Shown in pieces: positions 40,393 through 51,071 of a DNA stretch of 64,000 nucleotides (position 1 is its first letter; the number at the start of each line of letters is the position of its first letter). The notes under the pieces are model-generated. The model did not search any database. It saw only the letters and a list, made by a program, of their open reading frames with translations, and was not told the DNA's origin. A program made the translations under genes and the position numbers. This DNA is from an uncultured Eisenbergiella sp. (GTDB taxonomy: Bacteria; Bacillota; Clostridia; Lachnospirales; Lachnospiraceae), in NCBI GenBank assembly GCA_902492555.1, contig CABUMH010000001.1, forward strand, positions 40,960-104,959, in the 5' to 3' direction.

Positions 40393-42648
40393 GAAATGAG
40401 TTATATCGGCACTTATGATGGCACCATCTATCATAATCCGGCCAATCAATATTGTGTCATCAGCGTAAAATCTTCCGATACCGGCATCCCGGGAGGATAC
40501 CGGTCCCCCGTCAGGAAAAAGGATCACCTGATCCGGTTCACGGCAGTCGGATACAGCCTGCCTCTTACAGATGCTGTCCAGGTGGAACTGGATGGAGAAT
40601 GGGTAAATGGAAAATACGGCTACCAGCTGCATGTCACGGAATGCCGGGAACTGATCCCGGAAACAGAAGACGGCATACAGGGTTATCTGGCATCCGGCCT
40701 GATCAAAGGCATCGGCCCCAGACTGGCGGAAGACATCGTGCAGAAATTCGGGAAAGATTCCCTTTCCGTTCTGGAAAAAGAGCCCGAACGCTATCTGGAA
40801 ATCCGGGGGATCTCGGAAAATAAGCTGGAAGAAATCAGGCAGTCCTATCTGGAAAGCCATGCCCTGAAGGATATCATGATCCTGTTGTCCCCATTTAAAG
40901 TCAGCCCGAAGACGGCTTTGAAAATTTATCAGGAACTCGGGCCCACTGGCGCTGAACTGTTAAGGAAAAGCCCTTATGAACTGTGCCGGCTGCCCGGATT
41001 CGGGTTCCGGCGGGTGGATCTGATTGCGCGGAAAACCAATAAGAACCTGCACGATCCTCTGCGGATTAAAGGCGCGATCCTCTGCGCCCTGTCGGATGCG
41101 GCTGCTCAGAAAGGCCATCTGTTCCTTCCAAAAGCAGAAATTCTGAAGCAGTCCCTTTCCCTTTTAAATGCATCCATTCCGCTTCCCGCGATGCGCATTA
41201 CATCAGAGGAAGCTGGAAAAACTCTTTCCGACATGATCCTTCACGGTAGCGTGGTTTCCGCAACAGACCATATTTATCTGCCGAAATTCTTTAGCCAGGA
41301 AGATGAGGCTGCCAGATGCATTGCGAAGCTGATACGGCACAGGCCGCCCAAAATCAACATTTCCGTACAGCTGCAGAAAATCATTTCCGAAAGCGGCTTA
41401 GCCCTATCAAAGGAACAGCAGCTCGCGGTAGAAACAGCCTTTCAGACAAATCTGTCCATCATCACCGGCTCTCCCGGGACCGGTAAGACCACTGTATTAA
41501 AGATTATCCTTACGATTATTCAGACCCTTTATCCCAAAGCAAAGGTTATTATGATGGCGCCCACAGGCCGCGCCAGCCGGAACATGGCGGAAAGCACAGG
41601 CTTCCCGGCTGCCAGAACCATGCACAGCGTTCTGCACCTGTATTCTTCGGAAGATGATCTGCCCAATGACAGAGAAGGCTATCTGGACGCAGCCATGGTT
41701 ATTGTGGACGAATGCTCTATGATCGACATGTGGCTGGCATGGAAATTCTTTTCCCGCATCAGGCCTGGAACCAAACTGATCCTGGTTGGAGATCCTGATC
41801 AGTTGCAAAGTGTTGGGCCAGGCGCTGTATTCAGCGAATTAATCCAGTGCGGCCTGATCCCGGTAACCAGACTGGTGCAGATCTTCCGTCAGGCGGAGGG
41901 CAGTATCATTCCCTATAATGCAGCATTAATCAACCAGGGCGAAACCCGGCTCACCTTCGGGAATGATTTCCAGTTCCTTACTGCCGGTGACCAGACCGAG
42001 GCAGCGGAAAAAATCCGCCTGCTGTACTGTCAGGAGGTTGAGAAATATGGCATGGAACAGGTGCAGATTCTCACGCCGTTCCGCTCTTCCGGGGAAGCAT
42101 CCGCAAATGAACTCAACCTGGTGATTCAGGAGACGGTTAACCCCTTTCAGAGCACTGAGGATGAAATCCATCTGGGGCAGAAAACATTCCGCGCCCATGA
42201 CCGGATCATGCAGACCAAAAATACGAACGACGTATCCAACGGGGATCTCGGATTTCTGGAAGCCGTGGAAGATACCGGTTCCGAAAAAAAGGCGCACCTT
42301 ACTTTTAACGGCCTGAAACTGACCTACAGCATGGAAGCGCTTGCAAACGTTGACCTGTCGTATGCAACCACAATTCATAAGTTTATGGGCAGCCAGACCC
42401 GGATCGTCCTGATCCCGGTTTTGATGTCCCAGTACAACATGCTTTACCGCAACCTGATCTATACGGCAGTGACAAGGGCAAAAGAAAAGGTAATTCTGGT
42501 CGGTGAAAAAAGGGCCTTGTTTATGGCGATTCACCGGGCGGATACGTCAAAGAGGAATACCATGCTTGGAGAAAGAATCCAGCTCTACGCAAAGGCATAC
42601 GCCAAAGCAGCGGAACTTTTTCCGGAAGAGTTGAAAGATGCTGTATGA
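40393..42648 (+). CDS. RecD-like (SF1) DNA helicase
   Basis: Walker A GSPGTGKTT, Walker B VIVDECSM, ILVGDPDQL, C-terminal …YATTIHKFMGSQ…; ORF opens at 40366. Confidence 0.8.
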   Translation, partial: EMSYIGTYDGTIYHNPANQYCVISVKSSDTGIPGGYRSPVRKKDHLIRFTAVGYSLPLTDAVQVELDGEWVNGKYGYQLHVTECRELIPETEDGIQGYLASGLIKGIGPRLAEDIVQKFGKDSLSVLEKEPERYLEIRGISENKLEEIRQSYLESHALKDIMILLSPFKVSPKTALKIYQELGPTGAELLRKSPYELCRLPGFGFRRVDLIARKTNKNLHDPLRIKGAILCALSDAAAQKGHLFLPKAEILKQSLSLLNASIPLPAMRITSEEAGKTLSDMILHGSVVSATDHIYLPKFFSQEDEAARCIAKLIRHRPPKINISVQLQKIISESGLALSKEQQLAVETAFQTNLSIITGSPGTGKTTVLKIILTIIQTLYPKAKVIMMAPTGRASRNMAESTGFPAARTMHSVLHLYSSEDDLPNDREGYLDAAMVIVDECSMIDMWLAWKFFSRIRPGTKLILVGDPDQLQSVGPGAVFSELIQCGLIPVTRLVQIFRQAEGSIIPYNAALINQGETRLTFGNDFQFLTAGDQTEAAEKIRLLYCQEVEKYGMEQVQILTPFRSSGEASANELNLVIQETVNPFQSTEDEIHLGQKTFRAHDRIMQTKNTNDVSNGDLGFLEAVEDTGSEKKAHLTFNGLKLTYSMEALANVDLSYATTIHKFMGSQTRIVLIPVLMSQYNMLYRNLIYTAVTRAKEKVILVGEKRALFMAIHRADTSKRNTMLGERIQLYAKAYAKAAELFPEELKDAV

Positions 42649-42694
42649 CCATTCTCAGGCAGAAGCTGATCCTTCTATCAGGAGAATATCACCC

Positions 42695-42901
42695 ATGAAG
42701 TTATCCAACAACGATGTTATATATCTCAGGGATCTGGGATATACAGATACCAGATCGCTCAAACAAATCGAAAAAGCAGCCGGGCAGACTGTCTATACCC
42801 TGGGAGGAGGAAGAATATCAGGGAAACAGGCTGCTGAAATTTGGGGAAGGAAAGCTTTTCTGTCTGGAATCAGCAAAGTGCCTTTCACTGGAGCGCTGTA
42901 A
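42695..42901 (+). CDS. small hypothetical protein
   Basis: ORF opens at 42638; start chosen at MKLSNND. Confidence 0.3.
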   Translation: MKLSNNDVIYLRDLGYTDTRSLKQIEKAAGQTVYTLGGGRISGKQAAEIWGRKAFLSGISKVPFTGAL

Positions 42902-42967
42902 GAGAAACGGAGGACGGAAGAATGGTTTTCTTCGACTCTTCCAGATTATTTAAGGAGGAAAAAACAG

Positions 42968-43990
42968 ATGAAAGATAATACGGAAGGATCCCGTCAAATG
43001 AAAAAAACAGGGGGCACAGATAACGTACCCTATAAATTTTTGGCCCGTCTCGATAACCGGATGCCCTTACGCTACCGGAAGCTGTGGTTCCAGCTGACCT
43101 GCCCCCAGGGCCGGATCCGGATCATCGTGCATTCCAACACAGAAGATGCCGCCTCCTGCACTGCAGAGGTTTACCTGAACAAAAAGGATTCCAGGCCGGT
43201 ATCCACGCATACAGCAGCCTGCAGCCGCAGGGAAACAGAGAACTTTCTCAAAGCAGCTGAAAACCGTGCCCTGACCGGTGCCCTGATCCAGGCCGGCTTC
43301 TCCCGGCCGGAAAGAATAAAGCCGGTTCACGCGCCAAAAGATTCTCCTTCCCCCATTCCGGAGCATATCTCTCCGTCCGCAGGGCGGGCGAATGACAGGC
43401 AGCTTCCGCCGCTCCCCGAAAAGGGAGAGGCATCACAGGCTAATCCCATTGCGAAAGAAGAGGCTGTTCCTGTCCAGACAGCTCAGCCTGCTCCTGCAGC
43501 AAATGTGATGGCAGACAGCTTTCAGGCGGTTGGGACTTCAGACCCAATCCCCTTTCCCGGTTCCGGAAAAGCGCCAGTGTCTTCTGTCAGCGCACAGCTG
43601 TCCGGAGAAATTTCTGAACAGAAGAGAATACAAAAGGCAGACCTCCGGCAGACAGCAGATCCCGTTGCTGACACTCCTGATCGGTCCAGGAAAGCGGAAG
43701 GCACCATATCACCAGCCGCCGCCAAAGAAACGGAAACCGCTCAAATACAAATGGCCTATACCAGTTCTACCCCTGTGGAGGAGATCAAACGGCACATGAC
43801 TCTGGAGGACGCTCTCCATACGCGTATAGATATGGGGGTATGCAAAGGCATGACCCTGGAAGAAATCAGCATAAAGCGTTTCCCCAACCTGCGCTGGTAT
43901 GTCTATGGTTACAGGGGCAATGACAACATCCTGCGCGCCGCCGCGCAGATCGTATGGGATTCTCTTCAGGAAGGGAATAAAGCCGGATGA
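42968..43990 (+). CDS. hypothetical CTn-associated protein with low-complexity middle region
   Basis: 340-aa ORF, no motif recognised. Confidence 0.45.
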   Translation: MKDNTEGSRQMKKTGGTDNVPYKFLARLDNRMPLRYRKLWFQLTCPQGRIRIIVHSNTEDAASCTAEVYLNKKDSRPVSTHTAACSRRETENFLKAAENRALTGALIQAGFSRPERIKPVHAPKDSPSPIPEHISPSAGRANDRQLPPLPEKGEASQANPIAKEEAVPVQTAQPAPAANVMADSFQAVGTSDPIPFPGSGKAPVSSVSAQLSGEISEQKRIQKADLRQTADPVADTPDRSRKAEGTISPAAAKETETAQIQMAYTSSTPVEEIKRHMTLEDALHTRIDMGVCKGMTLEEISIKRFPNLRWYVYGYRGNDNILRAAAQIVWDSLQEGNKAG

Positions 43991-44009
43991 TCAGCCAGGG
44001 GGTGATGCA

Positions 44010-45560
44010 ATGACCGGCTATGACTTCCCATTCGGGATCGCGGAGGTTGCGGACCAGCTGCCTCTGAAGAAAAGGAAGCCGGGGCCGGACAGTTATTATT
44101 ACGACTGTCCCTTCTGCGGCAAACCCGGCAAACTGAACCTGAATTATGTAAAAAATGTATGGCGCTGCAACTACTGCGGGGAATCCGGAGGTATGCTGGA
44201 GCTATACGCGCGCATGTATGGTATTACAACTTCGGATGCCTTCTACGAACTAAACGAACTCCTAAGCTGCGATATAAAAACCGGAAAAACGGCGCCCCGG
44301 GAGGTCTTCCGGGCCTCCCCTCCACCCCCCAAGCCGGCAGATTCTAAAAAGGAAGGAATCCCCCAATCGCCCCGGGCGGATGCCAAAGTAATCCATCATA
44401 CCTATTCCGTAATGTTGGATATGCTCCATCTGTCAGACAGGCATCTGGCCCATCTCACATCCCCCAAGCGGGGACTGAGCCAGGAACAGATCACACAGCT
44501 GCAATACAAAAGCACCCCGCTCCCATTTCTATGCCGCTCCCTTACGGAGCGGCTGATAAAGCGGGGATGCACCGTGCAGGGGGTTCCGGGATTTTACCTG
44601 GATTCTGCCGGGAAGTGGACACTGAATATTTCCAAACGGACTGCCGGGATCCTGATCCCGGCACGCAGTCTGGACGGCCTGATCTGCGGCATGCAGATCC
44701 TGTTAGACATACCAATCCGCGAAAAGGACGCACCGCCGGACAAAACCGGCGCAAAATACATCTGGCTTTCCAGCGCTTCCAGGCCTATGGGAACCACCTC
44801 GCAAAGCCCGGTTCACTTTGCCGGGCCTCCCGCCAATACGATATATATCACGGAAGGGCTCCTGAAAGGGGATATCGCCCATCTGCTTGCTGACCGGACC
44901 TTTCTGTCCGTGGCCGGCGCAAATAACCTTGGCGGGATTGAACGGCTGATTCCCATCCTCGCAGCGACAGGTACGACACAGCTAATAGAAGCATTTGATA
45001 TGGACAAATACAGCAATCAATATGTGAGGAAAGGGGCAGACCGGCTGTTTCAGCTTGCCGGAAAGCACAACCTGAAATTCGGCCGTCTCAAGTGGAATCC
45101 CAACTATAAGGGAGTGGATGATTGGCTGATTGCAAGAAGGAGTCTGCCGCCCCGGCAGGGAGAGAACGTGGTAATGCTGAACCGGACTCTGGAATATCAT
45201 TTCCGCATTTACCAGCTTGATCTCAGCCAGGTTGTCCCTTTTGCGTTCCAGGATATTACAGCGCTTCACAAGGCAGGTTATGCCCAGCCGCCGGCAGCAA
45301 TGTACCAGCTGGTCTGGGACAGTACATACACGGCACCTTCCGGGATTTCCCCGGAACATTTGCTGGACCGCATTCATGCCATGTATCGATCAAGCCTCCC
45401 TTCAGGGTACCTCGGCCGTGCAGTGGCTCCGTCCGATATCATTGAACTATATGGGAAGGCCTATAGACACTACTACTACTGCAATAAAGGCGGGTTTACA
45501 CCCGTCACCTTCTCGCCTTTCCTCTGCCGCAGCATCCAGGCCCGCCGTCCGGCGGCCTGA
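44010..45560 (+). CDS. zinc-finger + Toprim domain primase-like protein
   Basis: CPFCGK…CNYCG zinc ribbon; Toprim signature YITEG … IEAFDMD; AGGGGG RBS; ORF opens at 43899. Confidence 0.65.
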   Translation: MTGYDFPFGIAEVADQLPLKKRKPGPDSYYYDCPFCGKPGKLNLNYVKNVWRCNYCGESGGMLELYARMYGITTSDAFYELNELLSCDIKTGKTAPREVFRASPPPPKPADSKKEGIPQSPRADAKVIHHTYSVMLDMLHLSDRHLAHLTSPKRGLSQEQITQLQYKSTPLPFLCRSLTERLIKRGCTVQGVPGFYLDSAGKWTLNISKRTAGILIPARSLDGLICGMQILLDIPIREKDAPPDKTGAKYIWLSSASRPMGTTSQSPVHFAGPPANTIYITEGLLKGDIAHLLADRTFLSVAGANNLGGIERLIPILAATGTTQLIEAFDMDKYSNQYVRKGADRLFQLAGKHNLKFGRLKWNPNYKGVDDWLIARRSLPPRQGENVVMLNRTLEYHFRIYQLDLSQVVPFAFQDITALHKAGYAQPPAAMYQLVWDSTYTAPSGISPEHLLDRIHAMYRSSLPSGYLGRAVAPSDIIELYGKAYRHYYYCNKGGFTPVTFSPFLCRSIQARRPAA

Positions 45561-45661
45561 TGTTGCCAGCAGCAGACAGCAAACGATCACACCGGCTGCC
45601 ATACGCCTTGCGGGTTTTCAAAACGGGCCCGCAAATCTGTGGCGCCAGAAAGGAAAACGAC

Positions 45662-46387
45662 ATGGAAAAGAAAAATGACAAAGATGAATATGAAGCAAAA
45701 GAAGCCCTGCACAGAAAAGAGTGGGAGGAAAAACAGGCCCAAAAGAAGGCGGACGAACAGGCGGAACTGGATGCGATCCGTTCCCTGTCAGATGAAGATG
45801 TGATATCCCAATCCCTCCGCCGCGTCTCTGAAGACACGGACAGGATAACGCGGCGGAACATGAAGGAATGTGTCTCGGAATACGTCCAGACGCTCAGTCT
45901 GAGCGATCTCAATTTTGCACGTAATACTCTGTATCCTAAAAAAAACATGCGTAACTGCTTCCGCTTCATCATCAGGAAAGCCCGGGAATATCTGGAAACG
46001 GAAGGCTCTCTTGACACGGAAGAACCGCTGGAAGCTGGAAGCCCAGGAAGCCGCAGGCCTGGCCCGCAGGTCCGGACTCTGTATGGAGATGTCCCTGATG
46101 ACCTCTGCTATGCCTGGGCGGAAGAATATTTCCGAAGCTCGGATATCAAAGAAGACCAGGAAAAGGAAGACGTCTATGTTCCTCTGCCGCGCCCTGCCGG
46201 CTCCCGGCAGCCGGGCCGAAAAACTTCTGCCGGAAAGAAAACCTCAGAAGATTCTGATAATCCTTCCGTAACGGAAGCTTCGGAAAAGAAAGCGGAATGC
46301 ATTTCCACGAAAAAAGATGAAAATGTCCAGCTGTCACTCTTTGATATGGAAACGGAGGTACCGAATGAAGAAGAATTACCCGCTTAG
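45662..46387 (+). CDS. hypothetical acidic protein
   Basis: start at MEKKNDK with AAAGGA RBS (ORF opens at 45560). Confidence 0.4.
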   Translation: MEKKNDKDEYEAKEALHRKEWEEKQAQKKADEQAELDAIRSLSDEDVISQSLRRVSEDTDRITRRNMKECVSEYVQTLSLSDLNFARNTLYPKKNMRNCFRFIIRKAREYLETEGSLDTEEPLEAGSPGSRRPGPQVRTLYGDVPDDLCYAWAEEYFRSSDIKEDQEKEDVYVPLPRPAGSRQPGRKTSAGKKTSEDSDNPSVTEASEKKAECISTKKDENVQLSLFDMETEVPNEEELPA

Positions 46388-48395
46388 GAAACTTGATAAA
46401 ACGGAATGCCGGAAAACCGGCATTCCTCCCATGCATATCCCGATGTCGCAAAAACTGGACTGTCCCCCAAAAACTTCTGTCCTCCTCCGAAGCAGGATTA
46501 AGCGGATCGGCAGAAGGAACGTCCTGCTTCTGAGTCTCTATCCTGTCGAGGATCAGCTGCTTTTGTCCACATCCCCGGACTTTGTCCTGTTCCAGGGCAG
46601 GCAGGATTACACCACCCTGGATTTTTCTTTCGATGCGAAAGGGCGTTTTCGGAACGCATCCATATACTATCTGGATGACCGGTTATATGATCCGGAAAAA
46701 TATGCGTTTTTTTCTCCTTCCGACAGGGAACGGGTTCTTTCCTTCTGCCGGGATTTTTCGGAACAAGACCCAATCCAGCGTCTGGACAGTCTCCAGCAGC
46801 GCATCAGGGAAACGAGGGCATATCGGCAGATGCTGAAGAAACAGGAAAAAATCAGGAAAGCCATGCAGGTTCCTCCCCTGCCGAAGGGAATCCCGCAATG
46901 GGCACGTAAAAATATCCTTCCTGCCTACCTGTTTTATGATTCCGAAAGGGGAAAAAAATCTGTTCTGTGCCGCTGCTCTTCCTGCGGCAAAAGGTCAGCT
47001 TTTTCCAAAATCCGCCATAATATGCCGCTTGTCTGTCCACACTGCGGCAGGAACGCCCTGGCTAAAAACCGGAAGCGTTTCAAGCGGCTGTATGACCGGA
47101 CAACCCTTCAGGTCATTCAAAGGCTCTCTTCAGAGAAGCTTCTGTTCCGCTGGATGAAAATTACCTGCCAGCACAGTCCCCATAAATCTCCTGTCATTTC
47201 TTATCATGAAAGCGCAAGGGGGATTATGGGATATCAGAAGGACAAGCCCACAGCATGGTCCACATATTACAATACTTACGATGGTTCCGGCTATACTTCC
47301 TGGCGTCCCGGATACCGTCCCACCTGGTATGGTAAATATACCTATGAGTCAGATCTGGCCGGCTATTTATACACACCGATTCTGGATGATCAGCTGCTGG
47401 GAACTCCCTGGCAGTATTCCCAGCTTGCTGCTTTTTATCAATCCGATCCATGCCCCGGGCAGTATCCATATTATTTAGACGCTTACCTGAAGTACCCCTT
47501 TCTTGAGTATCTGGTGAAACTGCGGCTGTACCGGCTTGCGGATGAAGTTGTTTTTACGCGCAGCAGTTACTTTGTGGAAAAAAACTTTGATATATCGGGA
47601 AGGACAGCGGCGCAGGTACTCCGCGTCCGCGCACAGGATATCCCTCTGCTGGCAACGGTCAATCCGGATTTTTCGCAGCTGCAGCTGGTACAGGGAATGA
47701 TCCGAAAATATGGCCATATCCATATCCCTCTTATAGAATGGAGCGGCCGCCACGAAATTTCAAGAGAGGAAAATATCCTGGCTCCACTCCATTATATGAC
47801 GCCTGAAGCCCTTATGAAATATGCAGAAGCGCAATACAGCAATTACAGTAAAAAAAGAACTTGCTACGCAAGAAGATACAGTGTCATGAATTCTGTCTTG
47901 GACGACTACAGGGACTACCTATCCATGAGTGAGGCATTGAAACTCGACATGTCGAGCAGCTTTATTTTATATCCCAAAGACCTGAAAACCGCCCATGACC
48001 AGAGGATGGATTTACTTGCTCCAGGCCAGCTTGAGCTTTACAATCATGCAGTCGCTTCTCTGCATCATGAACTTTCCCCAGTCTATTCCTTTTCCCGAAA
48101 TGGCTATATGATCCGGCTGCCGGAATCTGCAGAAGAGATCTGTCAGGAAGGGGCGGCCCTGCACCATTGTGTCCAGCGTTATATTCCGGACCATGTGAAA
48201 AGGAGATGCACACTTCTTTTTCTGCGGAAAACAGACGCCCAGAAGAAACCGCTGTGTACGCTGGAAGTACAGGGGGACCGGCTGATGCAGGCAAAATGTT
48301 TTGGCAATGACCCTCCCGGGCCGTCCATACAGAAATTTTTGAATAGATATAAAAAAGAAGTCCTTCACGCAGCCGGCAGCCGGCTGGCTGCGTGA
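46365..48395 (+). CDS. PcfJ-like protein with internal zinc ribbon
   Basis: CRCSSCGK…CPHCGRN; C-terminal …HHCVQRYIPDHVKRRCTLLFLRK… resembling the PcfJ family from conjugative elements; GGAGG RBS (ORF opens at 46317). Confidence 0.5.
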   Translation: MKKNYPLRKLDKTECRKTGIPPMHIPMSQKLDCPPKTSVLLRSRIKRIGRRNVLLLSLYPVEDQLLLSTSPDFVLFQGRQDYTTLDFSFDAKGRFRNASIYYLDDRLYDPEKYAFFSPSDRERVLSFCRDFSEQDPIQRLDSLQQRIRETRAYRQMLKKQEKIRKAMQVPPLPKGIPQWARKNILPAYLFYDSERGKKSVLCRCSSCGKRSAFSKIRHNMPLVCPHCGRNALAKNRKRFKRLYDRTTLQVIQRLSSEKLLFRWMKITCQHSPHKSPVISYHESARGIMGYQKDKPTAWSTYYNTYDGSGYTSWRPGYRPTWYGKYTYESDLAGYLYTPILDDQLLGTPWQYSQLAAFYQSDPCPGQYPYYLDAYLKYPFLEYLVKLRLYRLADEVVFTRSSYFVEKNFDISGRTAAQVLRVRAQDIPLLATVNPDFSQLQLVQGMIRKYGHIHIPLIEWSGRHEISREENILAPLHYMTPEALMKYAEAQYSNYSKKRTCYARRYSVMNSVLDDYRDYLSMSEALKLDMSSSFILYPKDLKTAHDQRMDLLAPGQLELYNHAVASLHHELSPVYSFSRNGYMIRLPESAEEICQEGAALHHCVQRYIPDHVKRRCTLLFLRKTDAQKKPLCTLEVQGDRLMQAKCFGNDPPGPSIQKFLNRYKKEVLHAAGSRLAA

Positions 48396-48431
48396 CAACG
48401 CTGATACAGCTTGTTTTTGCAGGAGGTATGT

Positions 48432-49055
48432 ATGAATCAGAATACACTCGTTAAAATCTGTGTTTCAGAAGACAGTTTGATCTTTCACACATATAGCAGG
48501 CATGGCGGTTCCTCTCCGCGATTTTACATATCCAGGAAGAAACTTACCCGTCTGTCAGATACCGGAAGCGTATATGCCCGGGATCTGAATAACCTTGTTG
48601 AAATTTATTTGATATGCCGCCCGGATAGAAAGATGTATGTGCATATGGAATTTTACTGGCTGTCTGTCTTCGGGGACGAAACAATATCTGGCCGCCGGGA
48701 AACAATTCACGTGCCATTGGGAATCATTTGCCCGCTGCTTTCAGCACCGGATAAGACCGTATACCATGTGTTATCCAAAGAGTATACCAGGCGTCCACCT
48801 GTTATCTTCCAGAGCAGGAAAAACCTGCATGCTGTAGTATCCAACCGCAGGCTCCGGAAAAAACTGGGCCGCTGCCTGATGTCCCATTTCCACTCAGGCT
48901 CTGGAACTATTCAGAAGGTTGTTCTTTATGATGATTGCGAACCCGGCAGTTTTTATTTTCAGGAATATGTCAATGACAGATTAGGCCTTAGCGGGCTTCT
49001 TCTCTTATCAGGGGCTGAAAATCCGAAGGCTGCATCTTACAGTATGCATACCTGA
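48432..49055 (+). CDS. hypothetical protein (possibly PcfK-like)
   Basis: AGGAGG RBS before ATG 48432 (ORF opens at 48411). Confidence 0.4.
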   Translation: MNQNTLVKICVSEDSLIFHTYSRHGGSSPRFYISRKKLTRLSDTGSVYARDLNNLVEIYLICRPDRKMYVHMEFYWLSVFGDETISGRRETIHVPLGIICPLLSAPDKTVYHVLSKEYTRRPPVIFQSRKNLHAVVSNRRLRKKLGRCLMSHFHSGSGTIQKVVLYDDCEPGSFYFQEYVNDRLGLSGLLLLSGAENPKAASYSMHT

Positions 49056-49270
49056 TTCCTTGTGATCCTTTTATGCCAGAAGAAAACGCTTATTAAAATC
49101 ATAAGCTCCTTCGTTCTGAAGGGGCTTTACCATTCTGTGGCATCACAGGCATGACTAAAAACGCCAGGATAACTGAGGAATTCTATCCAAAAGGAAACTT
49201 GAAATCCCATATGAAATATGCTACCATTAATTCGATATTTGCGAAGTAATGTCCAGGAGGTGATGATACA

Positions 49271-50374
49271 GTGATTTTAATGGGCCTTTCCCTTGATGGG
49301 ATCTATGGATTCCATGATTTTTCCATTCATTTTAGTTATCCAAAAAAAATCGTCAATTCCATCATCGATGCTGAACACCTGAAAGGAAGGGAACGTTTCC
49401 GCTACAAGAAAGCGGTCATCCTTATGGGAGCAAACGCAACCGGAAAAACCAGCCTTGGCAGAGCACTGCTGCATATCTTTGAGTATATAGCAAGCGGAAT
49501 CCCCTCTCCACTCTGCGAAATGGTTTCTGCCAAAAAAGGAAACTTTTGTATTGATTTTGTAAATGGGGATTATCGTCTGCAGAGACTGTCCGGGGAAATT
49601 GATCCAGCCTGTAATGATGTTGTTATCCAATATTATACAACTGAAATCGGTCCCATGGATTCTTATGAGAAATGCATTGGGAAACTGGAAGACCACACAA
49701 AAGAAGCCATCCGGTCCGCGTCATCCCTGAAAAGACTGATCGGCAGTTTCCAATACCGGTTTGCCTATCCTGAAATAGAAAAATCCCTGAAATTAAGCGG
49801 AACCGGCAAAAGCATCCTCCTCAAAACTCTTCGTGCTGTGATCGGGACACTTGATCCGACCCTTCAGGACGTCACTCTTGCCAAAGACCTGAAGGACACT
49901 TTTATCATCCGGCGCGGAAATACCGAGATCATCATCCAGGAAGGAAAGCTGTTAAACCGTGAGGTTCTTTCCAGCGGTACCGCAGAAGGCATTGATGTAT
50001 CCCTGTTCCTTGCTGCCATGATTGCCAGAGAAAGCAGTTTCTATTATTGTGACGAACACTTTTCGTTCGTTCAGAGTGATATTGAAAAAAGAATATTTGG
50101 TATTATGCTGGACTGCATCGGAGATAATGAACAGTTGATCTTTACCACGCATAACACTGATATGCTTGATCTTAATCTGCCAAAGCACAGCTTTGTTTTT
50201 TTAAGAAGGCAGCTGGAAGAGGGAGAGTATAGAGTATCTGCCATTTCCGCATCGGAAGTTTTAAAAAGGAATACCGACTCCATACGCAATGCCGTTGAGA
50301 ATGATGTCTTTGGCTCTCTGCCACAGGATTATCTTCTCGATGAACTGGAAACGGGGTGGCCCAATGAGCAATAA
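49271..50374 (+). CDS. ABC-type AAA_21-like ATPase (OLD/AbiLi/AriA-like)
   Basis: Walker A GANATGKTS, ABC signature-like LSSGTAEG, Walker B FYYCDEHFS, H-loop TTHNTDM. Confidence 0.7.
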   Translation: MILMGLSLDGIYGFHDFSIHFSYPKKIVNSIIDAEHLKGRERFRYKKAVILMGANATGKTSLGRALLHIFEYIASGIPSPLCEMVSAKKGNFCIDFVNGDYRLQRLSGEIDPACNDVVIQYYTTEIGPMDSYEKCIGKLEDHTKEAIRSASSLKRLIGSFQYRFAYPEIEKSLKLSGTGKSILLKTLRAVIGTLDPTLQDVTLAKDLKDTFIIRRGNTEIIIQEGKLLNREVLSSGTAEGIDVSLFLAAMIARESSFYYCDEHFSFVQSDIEKRIFGIMLDCIGDNEQLIFTTHNTDMLDLNLPKHSFVFLRRQLEEGEYRVSAISASEVLKRNTDSIRNAVENDVFGSLPQDYLLDELETGWPNEQ

Positions 50375-50873
50375 GTGTATTTACTATGTTGAAGGGTTCT
50401 GTGAACAGCAATTAATAGCTGCATTAAAAGAGGCACCTGCCAGGATAATACCTGGAAAAATCAGAGTGTTTAATGTGGTACAGAATCTGATCCCCAAATC
50501 ACAGATCATTTCCATTCAGCCAGGAACCCTTGTCGTACTCGTGTTTGACACAAATGTTCCCCAAACGGCAAATTTAAAGAAAAATATTGAGTTACTGAAC
50601 CGATACTGCGGAAAAATCCAAATCATATATCTGCCACAGGTAATGAGTTTGGAAGATGAACTTGAGCGTTGCACAGATATAAAATCGGTTTCCGAACTCA
50701 CTCACAGCAATAGTATCAGGAATTTTAAAACCGATTTTTGCAGACTAAAAGCAAAAGACTGCCGTTCAATGCTTGAACGTCACAAATTAGACTGCAAAAG
50801 GTTATGGACGACAAAAGTGCCGGAAGAATATCATTTTGTGAAAAGTAACAGCTATCAGGTGAAGACTATATGA
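50364..50873 (+). CDS. small Toprim/DUF4276-like partner protein (AbiLii-like)
   Basis: start ATGAGCAAT overlaps the ATPase stop by 11 nt; N-terminal KCIYYVEGFCEQ resembles the hhVEGxxE motif of OLD-type Toprim/DUF4276 proteins; family assignment from memory. Confidence 0.45.
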   Translation: MSNKCIYYVEGFCEQQLIAALKEAPARIIPGKIRVFNVVQNLIPKSQIISIQPGTLVVLVFDTNVPQTANLKKNIELLNRYCGKIQIIYLPQVMSLEDELERCTDIKSVSELTHSNSIRNFKTDFCRLKAKDCRSMLERHKLDCKRLWTTKVPEEYHFVKSNSYQVKTI

Positions 50874-51071
50874 GGATGGCAGTATATGAAATTGAATGGA
50901 AGGTGGGATGGACAGAGTATACCTATGAAATCAATGCTTCCACCGGTGAAGTGGTGAGCTATGAGATGGACTATGATGATTGATCCTTTTCATCCTTCAT
51001 TTTGAAAAAACAGAAAATCTAACAACATCCCCCTTAAGGAAACCAGTTGAAGCTTTTCTTTAAGGGGGATT

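Noticed and set aside
45915-46271. 118-aa plus-strand ORF inside 45662..46387
   Set aside because: Alternative frame of a better-supported CDS with RBS; basic low-complexity translation.
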